From a virus, in IMG/VR virus record IMGVR_UViG_3300027977_000008, positions 1 to 64,000 of that record: 64,000 nucleotides of DNA. One strand, given 5' to 3'. Under the pieces are notes generated by a model, which made no database searches, was not told the origin of the DNA, and saw nothing but the letters and a program-made list of their open reading frames with translations. Below are positions 7,927-17,600 of this stretch, in pieces. Position 1 is the stretch's first letter; each line of letters starts with the position of its first letter. The position numbers were made by a program, and so were the translations under genes.

Positions 7927-8688
7927 ATGGCAAAAGGTTTTAGAGTGGTAACTAAACCACCAACATCATCTTCCGGTAGTACATCTAGTTTTAATATAGA
8001 AGAAGCAAAAAAAATGATTAAAGACAAGAGCATTGTCTTTTGTCTTCCTGGTAGAGGAGTTTCATATACATATCTCAAAAATTTTGTACAACTTTGTTTT
8101 GATCTTGTACAAAATGGTGCTTCAATCCAGATTTCACAAGACTATTCTTCAATGGTCAACTTTGCCCGTTGTAAGTGTCTTGGTGCCAATGTTCTTCGTG
8201 GTCCTAATCAACTTCCATGGGATGGTAAACTGAAATATGATTATCAACTTTGGATTGATAGTGACATCGTATTTGACACAGAATTGTTCTATCGTCTAGT
8301 ATGGATGGATAAGGATATCTCTTGTGGTTGGTATGCGACTGAAGATGGAGTAACAACATCAGTTGCACATTGGCTTGAAGAAGATGACTTCAAGAACAAT
8401 GGTGGTGTTATGAACCATGAAATGGTTGATGGTATTCAAAAGCGTCGTAAACCATTTACTGTGGATTACACTGGATTTGGTTGGACACTAATTAAGCATG
8501 GTGTGTTTGAGCATTCGGAGATAAAGTATCCTTGGTTTGCACCTCAGATGCAAGTCTTTGATTCTGGAGAAGTCCAAGATATGTGTGGTGAGGATGTTTC
8601 ATTCTGTTTAGATGCAATCAAGGCAGGATTTGAAATCTGGTGTGATCCAGTCTGCCGAGTAGGACACGAGAAGACACGAGTAATTTGA
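7927..8688 (+). CDS. GT-A fold glycosyltransferase-like protein (conserved in cyanomyoviruses)
   Basis: WIDSD DxD motif, GFGWTLIK, GEDVSFC and VGHEK. Confidence 0.7.
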   Translation: MAKGFRVVTKPPTSSSGSTSSFNIEEAKKMIKDKSIVFCLPGRGVSYTYLKNFVQLCFDLVQNGASIQISQDYSSMVNFARCKCLGANVLRGPNQLPWDGKLKYDYQLWIDSDIVFDTELFYRLVWMDKDISCGWYATEDGVTTSVAHWLEEDDFKNNGGVMNHEMVDGIQKRRKPFTVDYTGFGWTLIKHGVFEHSEIKYPWFAPQMQVFDSGEVQDMCGEDVSFCLDAIKAGFEIWCDPVCRVGHEKTRVI

Positions 8689-8720
8689 TATATAAAATTG
8701 GAATTTGTGTATAATTACAC

Positions 8721-8885
8721 ATGGAAAAATACGATATATACTGTCGGGGAGAAAAAATTTATTCTTCCGTTACAGAAGAAGAAATGTTGGATATCACGCA
8801 AGAATTTGCGGATCAATTTTATTCAAATGGAACTCCCCATCCTGACGATATTGTGGTAGAATATCTTGGTTACGATATTGAATAA
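8721..8885 (+). CDS. Small acidic hypothetical protein (54 aa)
   Basis: MEKYDIYCRGEKIYSSVTEEEMLDITQEFADQFY... Confidence 0.65.
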   Translation: MEKYDIYCRGEKIYSSVTEEEMLDITQEFADQFYSNGTPHPDDIVVEYLGYDIE

Positions 8886-8888
8886 ATT

Positions 8889-9032
8889 ATGGCAGTGAAA
8901 AATTCTTTGAGTGGTTCAAAAATTATTGAATCATCACCAAAAAATACTCGTCAGGGACGCTCCAAAAACACAAAAATTTCTGCTACAAGTAGAAATAGTT
9001 CTGGTAAGCGTTATAGAGGTCAAGGAAAATAA
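8889..9032 (+). CDS. Small basic protein ending in KRYRGQGK (47 aa)
   Basis: MAVKNSLSGSKIIESSPKNTRQGRSKNTKISATSRNSSGKRYRGQGK; the C-terminal motif is recalled as common in cyanophages. Confidence 0.7.
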   Translation: MAVKNSLSGSKIIESSPKNTRQGRSKNTKISATSRNSSGKRYRGQGK

Positions 9033-9081
9033 TTCATAATCAATCTTTTGGTTTGAATTCCACTTCACACCATTATCGAAG

Positions 9082-9216
9082 ATGGAGTTTACTCATACAG
9101 ACAATAAAATAGAGTTATCAACATTACTAATGTCCCTGATGGTAACATCAGCAGTGATCAAGTTGACTGATGCATCGATAACTATAGACAAATTATTATC
9201 AATCTACTCAAAATAA
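9082..9216 (+). CDS. Possible 44-aa protein
   Basis: MEFTHTDNKIELSTLLMSLMVTSAVIKL... ends just before the terminator. Confidence 0.35.
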   Translation: MEFTHTDNKIELSTLLMSLMVTSAVIKLTDASITIDKLLSIYSK

Positions 9217-9225
9217 CTTATAGAT

Positions 9226-9252
9226 AAGACAGGAGCAATCCTGTCTTTTTTT
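9226..9252 (+). terminator. Rho-independent terminator
   Basis: AAGACAGGA-GCAA-TCCTGTCTT followed by a T tract. Confidence 0.85.
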
Positions 9253-9276
9253 ATGGCATATTTAATATAGAATGCC

Positions 9277-9284
9277 TATAAATA
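9277..9284 (+). promoter_or_regulatory. T4-type late promoter
   Basis: TATAAATA upstream of gp25. Confidence 0.8.
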
Positions 9285-9312
9285 CGAATAAATAGACGAA
9301 GATCCTATAAAA

Positions 9313-9717
9313 GTGCCTCTTCAAAAAATCTCTAGGGCTTTCAAAGATATTTCTTTATCAATGAAACGTCATCCAGTTACAAACGATATTCTTCCACTGA
9401 AAAATGAAGATGCAATCAAACGTGCTGTTCAAAATTTAGTAAGAATTCGTATTGGAGAGGTATTTTTCAATAATTTAATTGGCACAAGAATTAGCGGAGC
9501 ATTATTTGAATTAGCAACAAGTGACTTTACTGCTCCGATAAAGACAGAAATTGAAACTGTTATTACAAACTTTGAACCAAGAGTTGTACTAAAAGGCGTT
9601 GAAGTTGATCCAGATCCTGATAATAATGCTTTAGAAATTACAATATCTTATGACATAGTTGGTTTATCAACGCCTACACAGACAGTCACTTTTATCTTAG
9701 AACCAACTAGACTATAA
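9313..9717 (+). CDS. gp25: Baseplate wedge subunit gp25
   Basis: FKDISLS, AIKRAVQNL and FEPRV motifs; precedes gp6. Confidence 0.9.
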   Translation: MPLQKISRAFKDISLSMKRHPVTNDILPLKNEDAIKRAVQNLVRIRIGEVFFNNLIGTRISGALFELATSDFTAPIKTEIETVITNFEPRVVLKGVEVDPDPDNNALEITISYDIVGLSTPTQTVTFILEPTRL

Positions 9718-11597
9718 TGGCACTAACACAATTTACAAATCTAAATTTTGAGGATATAAAAACCTCAATCAAAGATTATCTAAGAGCAAACACAAATTTT
9801 ACAGATCATGACTTTGAAGGATCCAACCTTTCAGTCATTGTAAATCTTCTTGCATATAACTCTTACATTACTGCCTACAACACAAATATGGTGGTAAATG
9901 AGACTTTTATTGATTCCGCGACTTTGCGCGAAAATGTTGTATCATTAGTACGCAATATTGGGTATGTTCCTCGTTCAAAACGTGCAGCAAAAGCAACTGT
10001 AAACTTTTTTGTTAGTGGATTTTCAACAACAACAGACACAATTTCATTTCAACCTGGAGTTTTTGCAAATGGAAGCGTTTCTGATGTCAACTTTATATTT
10101 TCTTTACCCGAAAAAGTTACTATAGCGGCAGATACTGGTACTTCACTTGGAAGTTTAGAGATTTATCAAGGGCAATATCTTGAAAATTCGTGGTTAGTCA
10201 ATAACTCTCAACCAAATCAACGGTATATCATTCCAAATGATAGCGTTGATACTTCAACTTTGCGTGTAAAAGTAAAAAATACGTCTACAGATACAACATC
10301 TATTGAGTATCAACTAGTAGATAATATTCTTGGCATCACCTCTACATCAAATATTTACCTAATTCAAGAAACAACTGACGAAAAATACGAAATTTTATTT
10401 GGTGATAATATTTTTGGTAAAAAATTACAGTCTGGGAATGTAATTACTGCATCTTACATCAAGACAAATGGTAAAGATGGTAATGGGGTGACTGATTTTA
10501 GGTTTGCAGGAACAATTTTTGATGAAAATAACGCAAATATAACGTCTTTCACTAGCGATTTGACATCACAGGTGCCATCTGAGAATGGTGATGAGATAGA
10601 ACCTGTTGAAAGTATTAAATACTATGCCCCTAGACTGTATTCATCGCAACATAGGGCAGTAACAGCAAGCGACTATGAGGCAATTCTACCAACTTTATAT
10701 CCAAATATAGAAAGTGTTAGTGCTTATGGTGGAGAAGATCTAGTTCCTCCACAATATGGAAGAGTTTTTATTGCAGCTAAACCTAGAAATGGATCTTTTC
10801 TATCTGAATTTACTAAAAAACAAATTTTACAGTCACTGAAGAATTATTCAGTAGCTGGAATTGTTCCTCAGTTTGAAAATTTAAAATATCTTTATGTGGA
10901 AATTGATAGTTATGTTTATTACAATACAAATTTTGTTGGTGATTCAAATAGTTTAAAAACAGATGTGATTTCTGCAATCACTTTTTATTCTAAAAGTTCA
11001 GAAATGAACCAATTTGGTGGAAGGTTCAAGTATAGTAAAATTTGTTCACTAATTGATAACGTTAATACCGCAATTACTTCAAATATCACAACTGTAAGGA
11101 TTAGAAGAGATCTTGTTGCAAGTATAGGACAACCAGCACAATATGAGTTATGCTTTGGCAATCAATTTTATAATGGAAAAACACAATATAATGTAAAAAG
11201 TACAGGATTTACTGTTTTTGGCATAGGAGAAACTTGTTATTTTTCAGATGCAGTTGTAAATGGATCTAATATTGGTAATCTGTTCCTATTCCAAGAAATT
11301 TCTGTTGAAGAAATCAATATTTTATCAACTAAGTTTGGAACAGTTAATTATGACACAGGTGAAATCCTTATAGATACTGTAAATATTACATCAACCAGTT
11401 TATCCGACAATATTATTGAAGTTCAAGCAGTTCCTTTATCAAATGATATTTTGGCGAGAAAGGAATTGTACTTACAGTTAGATGTTGCTAAAAGTAATTT
11501 CTATATGAAACAAGATAGCATCTCATCAGGTGCAAATACTTCTGGAACAAGATTTGATATTCAGTCAAGCTATCAAAACGGTAAGAAAACAAGATAA
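9717..11597 (+). CDS. gp6: Baseplate wedge subunit gp6
   Basis: LNFEDIK, DFEGSNL, DSATLRENVVS and RAVTASDY motifs. Confidence 0.93.
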   Translation: MALTQFTNLNFEDIKTSIKDYLRANTNFTDHDFEGSNLSVIVNLLAYNSYITAYNTNMVVNETFIDSATLRENVVSLVRNIGYVPRSKRAAKATVNFFVSGFSTTTDTISFQPGVFANGSVSDVNFIFSLPEKVTIAADTGTSLGSLEIYQGQYLENSWLVNNSQPNQRYIIPNDSVDTSTLRVKVKNTSTDTTSIEYQLVDNILGITSTSNIYLIQETTDEKYEILFGDNIFGKKLQSGNVITASYIKTNGKDGNGVTDFRFAGTIFDENNANITSFTSDLTSQVPSENGDEIEPVESIKYYAPRLYSSQHRAVTASDYEAILPTLYPNIESVSAYGGEDLVPPQYGRVFIAAKPRNGSFLSEFTKKQILQSLKNYSVAGIVPQFENLKYLYVEIDSYVYYNTNFVGDSNSLKTDVISAITFYSKSSEMNQFGGRFKYSKICSLIDNVNTAITSNITTVRIRRDLVASIGQPAQYELCFGNQFYNGKTQYNVKSTGFTVFGIGETCYFSDAVVNGSNIGNLFLFQEISVEEINILSTKFGTVNYDTGEILIDTVNITSTSLSDNIIEVQAVPLSNDILARKELYLQLDVAKSNFYMKQDSISSGANTSGTRFDIQSSYQNGKKTR

Positions 11598-11600
11598 CAG

Positions 11601-14600
11601 ATGATTGAAACCTCAATATTAAAAGTTAAAATCAATGAAATTATTCAGAGTCAAATCCCTGAATACATTGATGTCGAAAATCCTTATTTTGGAGAATTTT
11701 TAAAGCAATATTATTACTCTCAGGAGTATCAGGGAGGTCCCGTTGATATTGCAGATAACTTAGTTGAGTATAAAGGACTAGATTATCTAAACCCAAAAAA
11801 TCTTATTGGATTTACATCACTAACATCATACATTAGTGGTGTTGATGATACAATCTATGTAAGTTCAACAGATGGTTGGCCAACACAGTGGGGTTTATTG
11901 AAAGTTGATAATGAAATTATCACTTATACAGGTATTGGATCCACAGTATTTACTGGATGCGTTCGTGGATTTAGTGGAATTGAAAAAAATACAAAAACTA
12001 ATCACCCAGAGTATCTAACATTCACTTCTAGTGGAATTGCAACACATGCATCAAATGCAAAGGTTGAAAATCTTAGTAATGTTTTTCTAAATGAGTTTCT
12101 AAAGAAACTAAAGAAATTAGTTCTTCCCGGATTTGAAGATAGAAATCTATATGGTGATTTAAATGAAAGTAACTTTATTAGACAAGTAAAAGATTTCTAT
12201 AAATCAAAAGGAACAGAAGAAGCATTCAAAATTCTATTCAAAGCACTATATGATGAAGGGGTTGAAATGGTTCAACCTCAAAAATTTGTTATCAAACCAT
12301 CAGATGCAGATTATATTAAAAATGATGTTTTAGTTTGTGAGGTAGTTAGTGGAAATCCAATAAAAATTGAAGGACAAACTCTTTTCCAAGATACAACGCC
12401 ACTACAAACTAGTGGATCAATTTATAATGTAGAAAAGGCAATTATAAATGGTAGTACTTATTATAAAATTTCTATTTCAAAAGGAACTACAGTTGGTAAG
12501 TTTCTTCAAGTAGGAAAAACTTTTATTACAAAAACATCTGGTGCTGGATCTACTATTATCAACATTGATAGTACAGTAGGATTTGGTACAACAGGAAATC
12601 TAAATTATGAAGATCTTCAATTTTCGTATACTGATAAAAATTATACTCAGTTCCTTGGGGTTTCTGGTATTACGACAACTGTAGGTATTGGTTCAACTGT
12701 TTTTGCTTCTGGATTTCAAACATACTCGTATGAAGATGGAGATTTAAATACTCCAGTTTATTTAAACATTGTAGGAACAATTAGCAATTTCAATGGATCT
12801 GCAATAAATCAGCAAGAAGGAAGTAATATCAATGTAAAAACTTTAGGTATTGAACAAAAAGACATTAGATTTACTTCATGGATTTACAATATTCCAACAA
12901 AATATATTGTTAACAATATTATTTCATTGGGTTCCAATGTATATGAATTTGTATTTTTCTCGGATCATATTCTGTACGTTGGTGATATTCTTGATATTGT
13001 GGATGAAGATAATAATATTATTGTAGGAACTTTACTCCAAATCATTAATAATAAAACAATCCAAGTCAACTGCTCTGCTTTAAATTTATCTAAAAAACAT
13101 TTTATTAGAAGACAACTAAAAACAAATAAAGATTACACTGCAGATGTTCAAAACGTTTATTCTGCTGGTGCTGATGTATACGTCGCATCAAATAGTATTC
13201 CACACTGGACTATAAATCCTCAAAAGAGAATTAGAAACTTTACTACATCTGGAGTTGCAACAAGTACACAAATTTTAATTACAGATCATCATTTCAATGA
13301 TGGTGAACTTGTAGTATACAAACCATCAAGCACAAATGGTGCTGTATCTGGATTGAGCACTAATCAATCTTATTATATTCGTAAAATAGACGATAATACG
13401 GTTTCACTTGCATATTCACTAGAGAATGCTCGTAGAGGTCAACATATCACTATTTTTGGATCTAGTGATTTATCTGGAATTACCACACATTCTTTAACTC
13501 CAAGTAATGTTGGGTTTTCTACAATTGGAGCACAAAAATTACTCAGAAAGTTTTTAGTTCCTGAGTATAGTGAGACTAAAATTGAGACAATTCCAGGTGG
13601 AGTTGGATTATTTGACAACGGAGTAGAGATTTATTCTTATAAATCAACTGATCAAGTTTTCTATGGTCCAATTCAATCAGTTAGTGTTTTAAATGAAGGA
13701 TCGGACTTTGATGTAATCAATCCAACTAGACTTTCTGTTTATCAAGATGGGCATACTGGTGCAGGTTCATCTGTTATTGCACACGTATCAGGAACCATTA
13801 AAGAAATTCTTGTCGATACTGAAGGATTAGATTATACAAGCACTCCAACTGTTTATATTAGTGGTGGTAATGGTTCTGCAGTAGCAGAAGCAAAAATGAA
13901 GTTGGTTGCTCATCAAGTAGATTTTGATAGCACTAGCACTGGTGGTATTGTAGATACTGTTACTGATAAAATTACCTTCCCAGAAGCACATGGATTTAAA
14001 CATGGTGAAGAAATTGTTTACAACACTCGTGGAACAACTCCTATTGGTCTTGGAACAACTCCAGGAACACTTATTAACGGTTCTTCATATTTCGTCATCA
14101 AAAATAACGACTATACTATTTCATTAGCAGAAACAAGACAGAAATCTCTTGTTGGTATTGCAACTCTTGATATTACTTCCAATGGTCAAGGACTTCATGC
14201 TTTTTCAACTAAAGAAAGAAGACTAAAAGTTGATAAAGTTTATGTTATTGAAAATGGCACATTTTCCAATAAAGAAAATACGACAACTCCTGTTGGTATC
14301 AATACATTCACGGATGTAATCACAATTAGTAATCATGGATATACTTCTGGTGAAGAACTAAAGTATTCAACAACAGAATTATCAGTTGGTGGATTAAACA
14401 CAACCTCCAGATATTATGCTATAAAAGTCGATAACAACCAATTTAGAGTATCAATTTCTACTAGCCTAACAAATTACATTGGACTAACTAGTATTGGATC
14501 TGGATATCATATCTTCAATTATCCACCAATTACAATCACTCTAAATGGTCCTCAAGGTATTACAACGGCAAATGCTACTGTTACTCCAATTGTAAGAGGA

Positions 14601-17600
14601 TCTATATCTGATGTTCATGTAAAAGTTGGTGGGGATGATTTTGGATCGACAATCATCAATGATAATTATAGACCAGAAATAAGAATTATTGAAGGATCTA
14701 ACGCATCACTAAGACCATTGATTGTAAATGGTAGACTTGATAGTGTTATTGTAAAAAGTGGTGGTTCAAATTATTTTAGTATTCCAGACATCATTATTGA
14801 TGGTGATGGTTTTGGTGCAAAGGCAAAGGCAAATATATCTAATGGTCAAATTATAAGCGTTGATGTTATTGATCAGGGTGCTGGATATACAACCAATGGA
14901 ACAACAATTACTGCATCGACACCTGGACAAGGAGCAATATTCTCGTCCAATTTAAAAAAATGGACAGTTAATAAAGTTGAAAAATATGCAAAAATTGGTG
15001 ACGTAAGTTCTGATGATGGTTTCTATGAAACTGTAAGAAATACTAAACTTGGTAATCCATATGTTAATTACTACGTCCCAAGAATTCTGAGAACTTTCTT
15101 GGGAGATAATGGATCTCAACATTCTCCAATTTTAGGATATGCATATGATGGAAGTCCAATTTACGGACCATATGCATTTGCAAATTATACTGGAACTGGA
15201 GCACTAAAATATCTACAACCAAGTTATGCAAAGATTTCTGGTGCAAGAGTTAATGGTCCAAATATTTCACAATATCCAGCTGGATTTTTTGTTGAAGACT
15301 TTACATATGTTCAAGGTACTGGAGATTTAGATGAATATAATGGTCGCTTTGCAATTACGCCAGAATATCCAAATGGTGTTTATGCATACTATACAACAGT
15401 CTCATCCTCTGTTGTAAATGACAATGGTAGTCCTTTCAATGGAGTAAGACAACCAGTATTTCCATATGTAATTGGTAATTATTACAACTTCACTCCAAAC
15501 ATTTTCAACTACGATTATAATTCTACACAAGATATTGATCCTATTACTCTAAACTTAGTAAGAAACACTGATGCTTATAAGATCAATGATGGGTATGAAT
15601 TTATTTCAAATTCAAATAAGAATACAACTACACAATCTAAGATTTCTAAAATAAAATCTGGAAGCGTAGAACGGATTGATGTAATAGAAAGTGGTTTAGA
15701 TTATACTGTTGGAGATAGAATTGTATTTGATAATTCAAATACTTCTGGATTTGGTGCTATCGCAAAAATATCAAAAATTGTTGGTGTTGCAGTAACAGAC
15801 ATAACTTCATCAATAACAACTTTGAGTAATATTGATCTAGTATGCAACAATAGATCAGTAACTGCAATTTCAACAACCCCACATAATCTATCAGATGGTT
15901 CTTATGTAAGTATTGTTGGAATATCTTCTACATCATTTAATAATATAACGGGAACGTTTAGGATCGATGTAAAAGGTGTAACATCTGGTCTAGCAACTTC
16001 TATGCTAGCAACTGGACTTACAACTAGTGTTCAAATAATAGATCTTGCATCAAAGTTTTCTGTAAATGACATTATAAAAATTGATAGTGAGCAATTCCTA
16101 ATTATGGGAATTGATAAAGCAAATAATAAATTAAATCTACAAAGAAGATATAATGGAACAACAGGTGCTGCACATACAAATCGTTCAGAAATTGTTAATC
16201 TTGAAAGAGAATTTACTTACGAACTTGATAAGGTAGTTTCTCTGTCAACTCCTAAAAATGAAACAGTATTTTTTGATGCATCATCCTCTGTTGGTGTTGG
16301 ATTGACTTATGGTGTTGGTATTGGAACAACAATTTCTTACATTGGAGCGGGAAATAGTCAGAAATCGATCTTTATACCTACTAGAAGTATTTTCTTACCA
16401 AACAATCCTCTGCTTCATGGTGAGGAAGTTTTCTACAGTCCTGGTGCTGGTACTTCTTTGACATATTCATTGAATGGTAGTACAACATCTCCGATGCCAT
16501 CAAAGATGTATGTACAGAAACTTACAAAAGATTTGATTGCACTTACAAATGTAAAGACTGGTATCAATTCTGATTTATCACGAGTTTTCTTCAATGCAAA
16601 CATTGGAATTGGCAATAGTCATTCTTTTACAACTAGGAGAAATATTGTATCGTGTAGTGTAAAAACAGTAAATGTTGTTGTATCTACTGCATCTTCTCAT
16701 CGATTAAGACCAGATGATGTCATTGATATGACAGTTGTTTCCACTGCTACAAGTTCAGTGTCTGCAATATATGATCCTATTACTCGATTTGTAAGTATTG
16801 GTTCATCCATCAACCCTAGAATTAATATTGTTACCGGAGATTACTTAGAATTTGATGTTTCTAATGCAAGTTTACTAAACACTAAACTTGAATTTTTCTT
16901 AGATCAAAGTTACAATAAAACATTTGTTGGATCTGGTGTATCTGCATTAGAAATTACAAATCAATTTGCACCAGGAATTACATCCGCAAAAACAACAATA
17001 CATTTTACAGAACAGGTTCCTTCAATATTATACTACAAATTTACTTCTCAAACTCCTTCCAAAATTGTTGAAATTAATAAAGATATTAATGAATATTCAA
17101 AAATAGTTGTTCATAATAGTAAATTTACTGGAACACATTCACTAACAACAACAACAAATCAAACATTTACATATAATATATTTGAAATACCAGAAAGAGT
17201 AGGTTATACCAGCGCATCATATATCAATTACACAACAAATTCTACTAATACAAAGGGGTCTATTGCAAAAATTGATATTTTGGATGGTGGAAAAAATTAT
17301 AAATCTACACCTAAAGTATCTGCATCGTCCACAACAGGATCTTCTGCAACACTGAGGACATATGGATCAAATATTGGTTCTATTGATATTGTTCAAATTT
17401 TAGATTTTGGATATGACTATCTATCAGATAAAACACTACAACCACAAGCAGCAGTTCCTCAAGTTATTACACTTAAAGATAATTATAGTGTTGACACTGT
17501 TGCAATTACTTCTACTGGGTCAAAATATCTGTCTGCACCAAATCTAATTGTTTATAATAGAAAATCTGATATTGTCAATACTGAATCAAGTATTGTTGCT

